DNA of 64,000 bases from a bacterium (GTDB taxonomy: Bacteria; JAHJDO01). A program made the translations under genes and the position numbers. The notes beneath the pieces are model-generated. The model was not told where the DNA came from, searched no databases, and saw nothing but the letters and a program-made list of their open reading frames with translations. The stretch's first letter is position 1; each line of letters begins with the position of its first letter. The DNA is taken from contig JBDRTG010000021.1 of assembly GCA_043824255.1 (NCBI GenBank), forward strand, positions 9,377-73,376, in the 5' to 3' direction. Positions 8,835 through 18,986 of this stretch are shown here, in pieces.

Positions 8835-9769
8835 TTACTATTTTCCATACATATATTCAATAAATCATCAAGTTTTGCTCTTGCAAGACAAAGACACGTA
8901 TCTGCGGCGCCATAATATATCCTTACAATTCCGTCTTCCTTGTCCAGTATAGCTCCGCAGGAGAAAATAATGTTTGAGACGTCTCCAACTCGCTCGTATG
9001 GCTCTCTTGGTGACAGTATAGGAATTATTCCTCTGCCAATTACTTTATAAGGTCTCTCAATATCAATCAATGCAACGCCTAGCCTGTATATTTTCCCTCC
9101 GGATGTATTTTTTACGCCATGATAAATTAGCAGCCATCCTTTTTCTGTCTCAATAGGAATAGGTCCTATCCCTATACGCTCAGAGTCCCACATTCTAGGT
9201 CGTGCCTTTAAGAGAACCATGGAATTTCCTCCCCAATGGACCAGATCCCTGGATGTAGAGAGCCAGATATGGCCGCTACTACCTACCACAGGTCTATCAG
9301 CTCTCCAATATTTACCTTCAATTTTTCTAGGAAAGAGCGCAGCGTCTTTGTTTACCGGTTGAGATATAAGAGCAACCCTCTCTACTTTCCTAAAATCTTT
9401 TGTTCTGGCAAGAGCAATTCGGGGACCAAATTCAGAGTAGGCAGTATAAGCAATATAATAGTACTCGTTAATAAACGTTATTCTCGGATCCTCTACCCCA
9501 GCCTCCTCATAAATATGATACGGTTCTTCAGAAGAATGGGACATAAATGCTTTACTGTCTGCTTGGAAAGATATGCCATCATAACTCCGCGCAAGAACCA
9601 GTGTAGATGTCCCGTCTAATCCTTCTACCCTTAAGAGAAGAATTGTCTGCCCATCAAAGGCAGCGACTCCGGCATTAAACACGGTATTACATGGAAAAGG
9701 AATATCTTTAATAGTAATAAGTGGATTTTTTTTCTCTCTTTTACAGATCTCCGGAAATTCTCTTTCCAT
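8831..9769 (-). CDS. Glycoside hydrolase family 130 (beta-mannoside phosphorylase-like)
   Basis: VFNAG, GVEDPRIT, NKDAALFP, DRP, GWLLIYHG, YYGAAD; five-bladed propeller motifs. Confidence 0.88.
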   Translation of the reverse strand: MEREFPEICKREKKNPLITIKDIPFPCNTVFNAGVAAFDGQTILLLRVEGLDGTSTLVLARSYDGISFQADSKAFMSHSSEEPYHIYEEAGVEDPRITFINEYYYIAYTAYSEFGPRIALARTKDFRKVERVALISQPVNKDAALFPRKIEGKYWRADRPVVGSSGHIWLSTSRDLVHWGGNSMVLLKARPRMWDSERIGIGPIPIETEKGWLLIYHGVKNTSGGKIYRLGVALIDIERPYKVIGRGIIPILSPREPYERVGDVSNIIFSCGAILDKEDGIVRIYYGAADTCLCLARAKLDDLLNICMENSK

Positions 9770-9788
9770 AAAATATCTCCTTTATTTT

Positions 9789-10949
9789 TTATTTCCCCAT
9801 ACCTATTTTCTGAGCAACCTGAAAGACCTTTCCTTCTGTCATTATAGCAGGTGCAATAATGATATCTGTTAACTGCATTTCTCTTATATTTCTAGCTCCA
9901 AGATTACCCATTGAAGTTCTTAGGGCACCTGCAAGATTTTGCGAACCGTCATCCAAATCTGCAGGACCAACAAGTATTTGTTTCAGAGAACCTGTTGTGC
10001 CCACTTTTATTCTTGTGCCTCTGGGTAAATTAGCATGAGAAGTTGCCATACCCCAGTGAAAGCCCCTGCCAGGAGCTTCCTTTGCACGTGCCAGAGCAGA
10101 ACCAATCATTACTGCGTCTGCGCCGCACGCAAATGCCTTAGCAATATCTCCACCTAAAGACATGCCTCCATCAGTGATAATAGGAGTGTATTTTCCTGTC
10201 TGCTTGTAATAAAAATCCCTTGCAGCTGCACAGTCGCATGTAGCAGTAACTTGTGGGACACCTATTCCCAGCACTCCTCGTGTAGTGCATGCTGCGCCTG
10301 GTCCGATCCCAACAAGTATTCCAGATGCGCCCGTAGCCATAAGCTCAAGAGTCATGGAATAGGTAACACAATTACCTATTATTACTGGGATGTTTAAACT
10401 TCTGCAAAGTCTGAAAAAGTCAGCCGTTTTATATTCACTGGATATATGCTTTATTGATGTAACTGTCGATTGTACAACAAACATATCTGCTCCTGCTTCT
10501 TCTGCCAGCTTTCCAAAGCGTTCAGCTTTCTGAGGAATAGATGATACTGCACACAATGCTTTTGCTTTTTTAATCTCTTTTATCCTTTTAACGATTAAAT
10601 TTTCTTTTATAGGTTTGTCATAAATTCCTTGAACGAGTTTCGTTGCTTTTTCGGGTGTTGCTTTTGCAATGTCCTTTAGGATTGATTCAGGATTATCATA
10701 TCTTGTCTGAATGCCTTCCAGATTCATGACAGCAAGTCCGCCGAGTCTTGACATCTCAATTGCAAGCTTTGGATCAACCACACCATCCATTGCAGCTGCC
10801 ATGATGGGAATACTTAGTTTTATATTTCCTATCTCACAATTAATATCTACATCGTTTGGATTAACAGTTAAATTTCCCGGCACAAGCGCTATTTCATCAA
10901 ATCCGTAAGATCTTCGCGCTTTCCTTCCCCTTCCAATCCACATACCCAT
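9789..10949 (-). CDS. GuaB3-type IMP dehydrogenase family protein (no CBS domains)
   Basis: RRSYGFDEIALVP, AAMDGV, catalytic GIGPGAACTTR, DGG, HWGMA. Confidence 0.88.
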   Translation of the reverse strand: MGMWIGRGRKARRSYGFDEIALVPGNLTVNPNDVDINCEIGNIKLSIPIMAAAMDGVVDPKLAIEMSRLGGLAVMNLEGIQTRYDNPESILKDIAKATPEKATKLVQGIYDKPIKENLIVKRIKEIKKAKALCAVSSIPQKAERFGKLAEEAGADMFVVQSTVTSIKHISSEYKTADFFRLCRSLNIPVIIGNCVTYSMTLELMATGASGILVGIGPGAACTTRGVLGIGVPQVTATCDCAAARDFYYKQTGKYTPIITDGGMSLGGDIAKAFACGADAVMIGSALARAKEAPGRGFHWGMATSHANLPRGTRIKVGTTGSLKQILVGPADLDDGSQNLAGALRTSMGNLGARNIREMQLTDIIIAPAIMTEGKVFQVAQKIGMGK

Positions 10950-10987
10950 CTAATATCTCCTTTATACTCTGATTTTATTTTATGGAC

Positions 10988-11016
10988 ATTCTATTTTAAC
11001 ATTGCTCAAAAGTCAA
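10988..11016 (-). promoter_or_regulatory. sigma70-type promoter for the guaB3-GH130-GT4 unit
   Basis: TTGACT-17 nt-TAGAAT on the - strand. Confidence 0.6.
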
Positions 11017-11023
11017 TCGCACA

Positions 11024-12988
11024 TTATTTTTTTCTATTTCCTTGAGCTTTTAACATGGAGATTTCATCCCTGATTTCTGCTGCTTTTTCAAACTCAAGGT
11101 TTTCAGCCGCTTTAATCATTTCTTTCTCCAATATTTTCATGTCCAATATTTTCTTCTTTTGAGCATAAGAAACTTTTTCATCTTTACCAGTTATTGTCAT
11201 CTGTCTTATTTCTTTTTGGATGGTCTTAGGAGTAATCCCGTGTTCCCTGTTGAATTTTGTTTGAATTCTTCTCCTGCGTTCGGTCTCCCCTATTGCTTTC
11301 TCCATAGATAGGGTCATCTCATCTGCATACATAATAACTGTGCCTGCCACATTACGTGCAGTTCTTCCGATTGTTTGAACAAGAGATGTTTCCGAACGCA
11401 AAAATCCCTCCTTATCTGCGTCTAATATTACTACCAATGAAACTTCAGGAAGGTCAAGTCCCTCTCTAAGTAAGTTTATTCCTACCAGAACATCGAATCT
11501 TGCGAGTCTAAGATCACGTAATATATCAACTCTTTTTATTGTATCAATCTCAGAATGTAGATATCTAACACGTATTTCATGTTGATTCAGATATTCAGCT
11601 AGGTCCTCTGCCATGCGTTTAGTCAAAGTTGTAACAAGCACCCTCTCTTTTTTGGCAACTCTTTTCTTAATCTCTTTCATGAGATCTTCTATTTGATTCT
11701 CAGTAGGCCTAACCTCCACCTTTGGATCAACGAGACCAGTAGGACGTATAATAAGCTCGACTGTCTGTCCCGAATGCTTTCGTGACAATTCAAGCTCATA
11801 TTCAGCAGGTGTTGCAGAAACGAATATTACTTGATTTATCATTTTCCCAAATTCAACAAAGTTTAAAGGCCTATTATCCAGAGCAGATGGTAATCTGAAA
11901 CCAAAATCAACAAGGGTCTGCTTTCTCGATCTATCTCCTTTATACATGCCGCCTATTTGCGGAATAGAAACATGAGACTCATCAATAATCATTAAAAAAT
12001 CCTTGTTAAAATAGTCAATGAGAGTATAAGGCTTTTCCCCCGATTTTCTTTCGCTCAAGTGTCTTGAATAATTCTCAATTCCTGTGCAATACCCGATTTC
12101 ATTAAGCATTTCCAGATCATATTTTGTTTTTGTCTCCAAACGCTGTGCCTCAACAAGTTTCCCTTGATTTTTCAAATCTAGCAACCTTTGCTCTAATTCC
12201 TCTTTTATGAACTCTGTTGAAGTTTTAATACGGTCAGATGTCGTAACAAAATGCTTTGCAGGATATATTGCAATTCTGTCAAGGTTCGTTAACGCTTTAC
12301 CTGTTATATAATCAATTTTGGAGATTCTATCTATTCTATCTCCGAAGAGTTCTATTCTCACAGGAATTTCTTCATATGAAGGAAAGATTTCTATGGTATC
12401 GCCTTTCACTCTGAACGTGCCGCGATGAAAGTCAATATCATTACGTTCATACTGAATATCAACAAGTTTTCTCAGGATATGTTTCTGCTTAAACTCATCA
12501 TCCTTCTGAAACATCAACAGCAGGCCCTTCCATTCATCAGGAGAGCCAAGTCCATATATGCATGATACACTGGCAACTATAATCACATCTCTGCGTGAAA
12601 GCAATGAGCTTGTAGCTGCAAGCCTGAGCCTGTCCAGCTCATCATTTATCGAAGCGTCTTTTTCTATATATGTATCTGTCTGTGGAATATATGCTTCAGG
12701 TTGGTAGTAATCATAATAACTGACAAAGTACTCAACAGCATTATTGGGGAAAAACATTTTGAATTCCATATATAGCTGAGCTGCCAGAGTTTTATTATGA
12801 GAAATAACAAGCGTAGGTTTATTTACACTGCGAATAACATTTGCCAGCACAAAGGTTTTACCTGACCCGGTAACACCAAGAAGAGTCTGATATTTTTTAT
12901 TAGCTTCAATCCCGCCTATAAGTTGTCTGATTGCCTTTGGCTGGTCCCCCTTCGGAGAAAAATCAGAAACTAGTTCAAAATGGTCCAT
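11024..12988 (-). CDS. uvrB: Excinuclease ABC subunit B
   Basis: [37 protein letters not shown]-terminal UVR motif. Confidence 0.98.
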   Translation of the reverse strand: MDHFELVSDFSPKGDQPKAIRQLIGGIEANKKYQTLLGVTGSGKTFVLANVIRSVNKPTLVISHNKTLAAQLYMEFKMFFPNNAVEYFVSYYDYYQPEAYIPQTDTYIEKDASINDELDRLRLAATSSLLSRRDVIIVASVSCIYGLGSPDEWKGLLLMFQKDDEFKQKHILRKLVDIQYERNDIDFHRGTFRVKGDTIEIFPSYEEIPVRIELFGDRIDRISKIDYITGKALTNLDRIAIYPAKHFVTTSDRIKTSTEFIKEELEQRLLDLKNQGKLVEAQRLETKTKYDLEMLNEIGYCTGIENYSRHLSERKSGEKPYTLIDYFNKDFLMIIDESHVSIPQIGGMYKGDRSRKQTLVDFGFRLPSALDNRPLNFVEFGKMINQVIFVSATPAEYELELSRKHSGQTVELIIRPTGLVDPKVEVRPTENQIEDLMKEIKKRVAKKERVLVTTLTKRMAEDLAEYLNQHEIRVRYLHSEIDTIKRVDILRDLRLARFDVLVGINLLREGLDLPEVSLVVILDADKEGFLRSETSLVQTIGRTARNVAGTVIMYADEMTLSMEKAIGETERRRRIQTKFNREHGITPKTIQKEIRQMTITGKDEKVSYAQKKKILDMKILEKEMIKAAENLEFEKAAEIRDEISMLKAQGNRKK

Positions 12989-12998
12989 GTTTCATCAT

Positions 12999-14861
12999 CT
13001 AAATCCAGTTCAGGATAGTGTCTGCAATACCAGCACCATCTAGTTTGTACTTTTTCAACAGGAGATGCCGCGGACCTTGTTCAATAAATTTGTCTGGCAA
13101 TCCAATATGTAGAGACGCAAAATTTTGCGTCTCTACGTTTGCAACGTTCATCCCAAATCCGCCGGCAATAACATTTTCTTCAACTGTTACGATCTTCTTT
13201 ATCTGAGATGCTATTTTCTCAATTAGTTCCGTATCTAATGGCTTAACAAATCTCATATTCGCTACTGAAGCATTTATGTTTTTCTTCTCTAATATTTCTG
13301 CTGCCTCTAAAGCTGGATAGACCATTGTTCCTATTGATAATATCGCAACATCAGCACCGTCTCTGACTATTTCTCCTTTCCCAATTTCAATCTTCTGAAT
13401 TGAATTAAAACTGGATTCCACAGCATAATCTTTTGGATATCTTATAGAAACTGGCTGATTATATTCTACTGCTTTAGAAAGCATGCTTACAAATTCACAT
13501 TCATCCTTTGGAGACATAATCGTCATGTTTGGGATCATTGAAAGATATGAAAAATCAAAAACGCCCTGATGTGTTGGCCCGTCTCCTTCTACTATACCTG
13601 CTCTGTCAATTGCGAAAATTACAGGCAGTTTTTGTAAACACACATCATGTAAAATCTGATCATATGAGCGCTGGAGAAAAGTTGAGTAGACCGCAAAAAC
13701 AGGTTTTAGCCCCTTTAAAGCTAAGCCTGCTGCAAATGTAACAGCATGCTGCTCTGCCATGCCTACATCAAAGAATCTGTCCGGAAATTTTTGAGCAAAC
13801 TCTCTAAGTCCTGTTCCATCTGGCATAGCCGCAGTTATTGCTACTATTCTTTTATCTTTTTGTGCCAATTTGATAAGAGTAGAACCAAAGAGTTCTGTAT
13901 ATGTTTTGCGTTTCCTATCTGCGTCTTTACTTTTCCATATACCTGTTTCAATATCAAACGGTTTTGCGCTATGAAATCTTGTGGGATTCTCTTCTGCAAA
14001 TTTATATCCTTTCCCTTTCTTTGTTAATATATGTACTAATACAGGACCTTTAAAAATTTTGATATTATCGAGTGTTTCTATAAGCAATGGGATATTGTGT
14101 CCATCAATTGGGCCAATATAACGAAAACCTAATTCATCAAATAATATTCCTGGAACAAGAAGCAACTTAAGACTTTTTTCTAATTTCTTTGCGCTGTCAA
14201 CTAACAGGCTGCCAAATCTTGGAACCCTTTTTAACACTAGTTCCAGATCACCTCTAACTCTATTGTATATTGGATTAGTCGTAATTCTATTCAGATACTG
14301 AGACCATGCTCCAACATTATGAGATATACTCATCTCATTACTATTCAAGATTACAATTATATCTTTTTTAATATGTCCTGCATGGTTCAGGGCCTCAAAT
14401 GCCATACCCCCGGTAAGCGCTCCGTCTCCAACTACAGCTATAAGCTTATTTTTGTTGCTTGTCAATTTTTGCGCACATGCCATACCAAGAGCAGCTGAGA
14501 TTGAAGTGCTTCCATGTCCTGTGCCAAAAGCGTCATACTCACTCTCTTCTATTTTTGTAAAGCCGCTCATTCCTCCAAATTGCCTGAGTGTATGAAACTG
14601 ATTCCTTCTTCCTGTAAGAATTTTATGTGTATATGCCTGATGCCCAACATCCCAGATTATCTTATCATCAGGGCAATTAAAGACATAGTGCAGAGCTATT
14701 GTGAGTTCAACAACCCCAAGGTTTGAAGCAAGATGCCCACCAGTTTGGGAAACGGTTTTTATTATCAATTCTCTTATTTCAGATGCAAGCAGGGATAGAC
14801 CTTTTATATTTATGGTTTTTAGATCGTTATGGCTTTCTATTGTCTCTAGATACATATTCAC
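12999..14861 (-). CDS. dxs: 1-deoxy-D-xylulose-5-phosphate synthase
   Basis: GGHLASNLG, WDVGHQ, GDGALTGG, DRAG, GPTHQG. Confidence 0.97.
   Translation of the reverse strand: MNMYLETIESHNDLKTINIKGLSLLASEIRELIIKTVSQTGGHLASNLGVVELTIALHYVFNCPDDKIIWDVGHQAYTHKILTGRRNQFHTLRQFGGMSGFTKIEESEYDAFGTGHGSTSISAALGMACAQKLTSNKNKLIAVVGDGALTGGMAFEALNHAGHIKKDIIVILNSNEMSISHNVGAWSQYLNRITTNPIYNRVRGDLELVLKRVPRFGSLLVDSAKKLEKSLKLLLVPGILFDELGFRYIGPIDGHNIPLLIETLDNIKIFKGPVLVHILTKKGKGYKFAEENPTRFHSAKPFDIETGIWKSKDADRKRKTYTELFGSTLIKLAQKDKRIVAITAAMPDGTGLREFAQKFPDRFFDVGMAEQHAVTFAAGLALKGLKPVFAVYSTFLQRSYDQILHDVCLQKLPVIFAIDRAGIVEGDGPTHQGVFDFSYLSMIPNMTIMSPKDECEFVSMLSKAVEYNQPVSIRYPKDYAVESSFNSIQKIEIGKGEIVRDGADVAILSIGTMVYPALEAAEILEKKNINASVANMRFVKPLDTELIEKIASQIKKIVTVEENVIAGGFGMNVANVETQNFASLHIGLPDKFIEQGPRHLLLKKYKLDGAGIADTILNWI
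13109..13136. repeat. Perfect 28-bp GTAG-type REP palindrome inside dxs
   Basis: GTAGAGACGCAAAA/TTTTGCGTCTCTAC, encoding VETQNFASL in Dxs. Confidence 0.85.
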
Positions 14862-14924
14862 CTTTTAATTAATCTCGGTACAATCTCTCAATTTCTGACA
14901 GCTTATCCAAAACCAATTGCTAAG

Positions 14925-15839
14925 TCAACTACGATGGTGATATTTGATTCCTTTACTCTTGGAAACAATATATCCCCCAGTCAAGAGTACAGTGCCTGAG
15001 ATTAACTGACCTGCTGTAAGAATCTCGCCAAAAATAAAGTAGGAAAAAATAGCTGTTAGAAATGGAGAAATGAGAAGTATGCTTGATGCTAAGGCAATAC
15101 CAGTTGCACGAATTGCAAAATAATATATTGAATGTGCAAGTCCAATACAAAATAGACCTGAGATAAACAGGATGAATAAAATTCTTGGTGGAAGATGAAT
15201 AATTGCTAAGGGATTTCCTTTTATGAATGCCATTAAAAAAAAGCTGCATGCGCCAATTGCAAAAACATAAGGTGTAAAAGCCACTATATTATAATTTCGC
15301 AAGGTCTTCTGAACATATACAGCATAAAATGTCCAGAACAGGTTTGCCAGTATAGCGAAGACAATTCCCCATTTCATCTGCAAAGAGGTTACGCCTCCTT
15401 TAAAGAAAATTACTCCTATAACACCCAGAAGACACAGAAGTGTCCCCAGAATGTATTTTGCACTTTTAATACTCTCCCTTTCTTCAGGGAAAAACACAAA
15501 AGACACAATTACAGTGAGCACAATGCTAATTTTCCCAATCAAGGAGACAAATGCAGGCAGAACCCGGTATAATGCCATGACCCAGAAGGTTTGCATAATA
15601 ATAAGAAAAAAAGCCGTAATAAACAGTTTTTTCCATACTTTTAAACACTGCTTCAATTCGCTGCGGAAAAATATAGAGACAATTATAAAAAGAGACAAAC
15701 TCCCTGATAGATACCTGAAGGCATTTTGTGTCTGAACATCCAAATATTTAGAGAGATAACGGACAAAAATCGGTCCGAATCCCCAGATACAAGCTGTGAT
15801 TAAAATTAAAACAATCCCTCGCCTTTTATTTAGTCTCAT
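14925..15839 (-). CDS. DMT/EamA family transporter
   Basis: About 10 hydrophobic segments in two EamA repeats; IWG and FGE motifs. Confidence 0.88.
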   Translation of the reverse strand: MRLNKRRGIVLILITACIWGFGPIFVRYLSKYLDVQTQNAFRYLSGSLSLFIIVSIFFRSELKQCLKVWKKLFITAFFLIIMQTFWVMALYRVLPAFVSLIGKISIVLTVIVSFVFFPEERESIKSAKYILGTLLCLLGVIGVIFFKGGVTSLQMKWGIVFAILANLFWTFYAVYVQKTLRNYNIVAFTPYVFAIGACSFFLMAFIKGNPLAIIHLPPRILFILFISGLFCIGLAHSIYYFAIRATGIALASSILLISPFLTAIFSYFIFGEILTAGQLISGTVLLTGGYIVSKSKGIKYHHRS

Positions 15840-15863
15840 ATAAGTGTCTCTTCTGTTTTTTGG

Positions 15864-16271
15864 CTAAATTACTATTTCAATTGCTTGATATGGGCAGGCA
15901 GGAATACAAAGCTCGCATGCTATACACTTTTGCTTATCAAATGATACTTTCATTGTATCTCTGTTTAATAATATAGCATCTGTCGGGCAATGTGGTATAC
16001 AGGCAGTACAATGGATACATCTATTTTCATGCCATTTGATGTCGCGTGCAAGGGACTGAATATTTATATTTAATCCGGCCAAATATTTTATCCCAGCTTC
16101 TAGTTCTTTCTTCTTACCGCTTATTTCTAGTACCAGTCTCCCCTCTTCCTGTGGAGTAACTCTGGCTCTAAGTATATTTATCATTAAGTTATATTCCTTG
16201 ACAAGATGATATACTATTGGATGATCAACTATTTCGTGAGGAAAAGTTAAAACGACTCTTTTTTTTATCAT
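15864..16271 (-). CDS. NIL domain + 2x[4Fe-4S] ferredoxin (partner of aspartate-semialdehyde sulfurtransferase)
   Basis: N-terminal NIL (INILRA) plus CIHCTACIPHCP and CIACELCIPACP. Confidence 0.88.
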   Translation of the reverse strand: MIKKRVVLTFPHEIVDHPIVYHLVKEYNLMINILRARVTPQEEGRLVLEISGKKKELEAGIKYLAGLNINIQSLARDIKWHENRCIHCTACIPHCPTDAILLNRDTMKVSFDKQKCIACELCIPACPYQAIEIVI

Positions 16272-16274
16272 AGC

Positions 16275-17432
16275 TTATTCTCCCGAAGAAAGAGATTTAA
16301 CTGGTTTTGCCAGCTCAAATTTCCCCTTTTTAATCCTTTGTTTAAGGATTTCTGCTATTTCTCTTGCCTTCTTATAGCTTGACAATGCACCTGTGGGAAC
16401 TTGTTTCCCTTCTATCTCTATATATCCATCTCTTAACTGCTTATAATTAACCTCGCCATAGCTTTTGTTGATCCCGTCAGGATAGTCTTTACTATAATCC
16501 ACAATTTGAGTATAAATATCCTCATCCTTTACAGCTGTATATTTAACTATATCCTCGCTTAAAATAGGGATTGGAATGCCTATGCCAATAGTTAAAGTTA
16601 CACCATACCCTGTAATACTTGTGCCTTTCAGCCATTCCGAAGACATCCCTTTTAAATCTCCAACTACAGCAATAGTTCCTGCTGGAGCTCTTACCACACC
16701 ATTATGACCTCTTTTAACACGTGGATTATGCTGTGTTCCTTCCCAATAAACATATCCTTCTCCACCACCAAGGAATATTTTTGTTCCTATGCCAATGGTT
16801 CTATAAAAGGGATCATTCAGTAAAGGGCTTAATTGCCCAGCACTGCAGTAATTCGCATTGCCAATATTTGGCTTTAGGATTCCCATATAAGTGTATATGT
16901 TTCTGTCGGAATATTTATTTATCGCAACATTGTAATTTTGATATGCATTTCTTGGGTTTGTTAGAATAGCCTGGTTTACACTTTTTATGTCTATTACAGT
17001 CTCAAGCTCTTTCTTCGGATAACAATCTGTTCCATAAGATATTGCTCTAAGTTTTATAGGCTTGCCAGCAACTAAATCCTCTATTACATGTCCGCCTCCA
17101 TATTTAAAGCTGCCCGGAAATACCTTGTTCAATAAATCTTCATCAGGAAGTTCCGTTACTCCGAGATAAACATCAACAGCAGCAAGACCAGCGTATGCAT
17201 TAACACCATTCAACCACACCTTTTGCGCTTTTATTTTTGGCTTTGAATGTCCAAAACTAATAAAAGCACCTGAGGAGCACATTGGAGCAAATGTGCCTGT
17301 TGTTACAACATCTACTTCTTTTGCAGCTTTTTTTATGCCTCTTTCTTCAACTATATCAATAATCTCCTCAGCAGTTACAACTACTGCTTCTCCACTCCTT
17401 ATCTTTTTATTTATTTCTTCATACGTTTTCAC
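16275..17432 (-). CDS. Homocysteine biosynthesis protein (L-aspartate semialdehyde sulfurtransferase, DUF39/MJ0100 family)
   Basis: KTYEEINKKI, VDVVTTGTFAPMCSSGA, NPRNAYQNY, GQLSPLLNDP, GTQHNP. GTG start at 17432 has an AGGGGG SD. Confidence 0.9.
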   Translation of the reverse strand: MKTYEEINKKIRSGEAVVVTAEEIIDIVEERGIKKAAKEVDVVTTGTFAPMCSSGAFISFGHSKPKIKAQKVWLNGVNAYAGLAAVDVYLGVTELPDEDLLNKVFPGSFKYGGGHVIEDLVAGKPIKLRAISYGTDCYPKKELETVIDIKSVNQAILTNPRNAYQNYNVAINKYSDRNIYTYMGILKPNIGNANYCSAGQLSPLLNDPFYRTIGIGTKIFLGGGEGYVYWEGTQHNPRVKRGHNGVVRAPAGTIAVVGDLKGMSSEWLKGTSITGYGVTLTIGIGIPIPILSEDIVKYTAVKDEDIYTQIVDYSKDYPDGINKSYGEVNYKQLRDGYIEIEGKQVPTGALSSYKKAREIAEILKQRIKKGKFELAKPVKSLSSGE

Positions 17433-17541
17433 TTTAATCCCCCTAACCAATCATAAAGCACAAGCGATTCTAACAAATGCAATTAAAAAAAACCAGATAA
17501 AATGCTTGATATGTATATTACTCATGATTTAATATAATCAA

Positions 17542-18183
17542 ATGAAACCTAATCTGAAAGATATATTCTCCGGACAAATTTATGGCATCACATGTTTTGA
17601 AACCAGTTGTGGAAGAGGAAATAAATATGTGGTTAGCGAGATGCTTAAAGCCGGGATTAGAATTATTCAATACAGAGAAAAATTTCGCACAAAGAAAATT
17701 AAATATGAAGAATGTTGTTGGTTGAGGAAGATTACTCAAAAATACAATGCTCTATTTGTCATTAATGATGACGTTGATCTTGCTATTCTTTGTGAGGCAG
17801 ATGGTATCCATATTGGGCAGGATGATATTCCTCTCAAAAAGGTCCGTAAGTTAATTAATTCAAATCAGTTTATCGGGCTTTCTACACATAATCCCATGCA
17901 AGCCAAAGAAGCTTTGAGAATAGGAGCAGATTATATAGGAGTTGGGCCAATCTATGGAACTCAAACTAAAAGGAACGCTACTCAGGCAGTAGGTCTTGAG
18001 TATATAAGATATGTATCTCAAAACATTGACCTTCCTTTTGTGGCAATAGGAGGAATTAAAGAGCATAATATAGCTGAAGTATTAGAAGCCGGGGCTCGTT
18101 GTGTAAGTCTGGTTACTGAGATCACAGAAGCTCCTGACATTCAGCAAAAGATAAAGAATGTTCAAAAGTATCTGGAACAGTAA
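17542..18183 (+). CDS. thiE: Thiamine-phosphate synthase
   Basis: IQYREK, INDD, GIHIGQDD, GLSTH, GPIYGTQTK, AIGGI. Confidence 0.94.
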   Translation: MKPNLKDIFSGQIYGITCFETSCGRGNKYVVSEMLKAGIRIIQYREKFRTKKIKYEECCWLRKITQKYNALFVINDDVDLAILCEADGIHIGQDDIPLKKVRKLINSNQFIGLSTHNPMQAKEALRIGADYIGVGPIYGTQTKRNATQAVGLEYIRYVSQNIDLPFVAIGGIKEHNIAEVLEAGARCVSLVTEITEAPDIQQKIKNVQKYLEQ

Positions 18184-18978
18184 ATGACAAATGGTATAGG
18201 CACAAAGAAGCTTTGGCATTTGACATTATTTTTTGCACTTATACTTTTTCTTTTTTTAGGGTGTAATATACTAGCTGAAGACTGGAAAATCTATAAATCC
18301 GATCATTTCTCAGTATATTATGAAGAAGATTTAAGTTTTGCTCAGCGTGTTGGGTATAAAGCAGAGGAATATTATAAGCAGTTAGACAGAAATGTAGGAT
18401 TTACCAGATTTGGGAAATTCTGGACTTTTGATGATAGATGTAAGATATACATATATGCAAATAAGGAGAGTTACCTGAAAAACAATAATATTCCATCCTG
18501 GTCAGCAGGATTTGCCAATTATGATAAAAGAGAGATAGTAAGCTATGAAGAGTCAGGAAATTTTTTAATTTCTCTTCTGCCTCATGAGATGACTCATCTA
18601 ATCCTGGCAGACTATATAGAGAAGAATATCCCTCTATGGTTTAATGAAGGGCTTGCTGTGAACATGGAGCTAACAAGCAAGTCAGGATATATAAACGCAA
18701 TAAAGGAAGAATTTAAAAAGGGCAATGGCCTTTCCATTCATGAAGTGCTTGATAAAACTAATTATCCTGAAGATGAAGAAAAAGTCCTGCTTTTCTACAG
18801 CATATCCTATTCTCTTGTAGATTTTTTAAGAAGCAAAGGACAGTATAGATTTGTCAATCTCTGCAGAGCTTTGCGTGATGGAAAGAATTTTGAAGATGCA
18901 CTTAGAACAAGTTATCAATTCGACTTTGGAAATCTAGCACGTCTTGATGAGAAGTGGCAGGAGCATATAAAAAAATAG
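18184..18978 (+). CDS. Secreted gluzincin metallopeptidase (peptidase MA-like)
   Basis: Signal peptide, HEMTH and WFNEGLA. Confidence 0.8.
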   Translation: MTNGIGTKKLWHLTLFFALILFLFLGCNILAEDWKIYKSDHFSVYYEEDLSFAQRVGYKAEEYYKQLDRNVGFTRFGKFWTFDDRCKIYIYANKESYLKNNNIPSWSAGFANYDKREIVSYEESGNFLISLLPHEMTHLILADYIEKNIPLWFNEGLAVNMELTSKSGYINAIKEEFKKGNGLSIHEVLDKTNYPEDEEKVLLFYSISYSLVDFLRSKGQYRFVNLCRALRDGKNFEDALRTSYQFDFGNLARLDEKWQEHIKK

Positions 18979-18986
18979 AATTTGTC

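Noticed and set aside
14865..14920. Short open frame QLVLDKLSEIERLYRD upstream of dxs as a gene remnant
   Set aside because: Too short to assign to any family.
17451..17541. TPP or SAM riboswitch between thiE and the homocysteine genes
   Set aside because: The interval is short and AT-rich, with no aptamer consensus.
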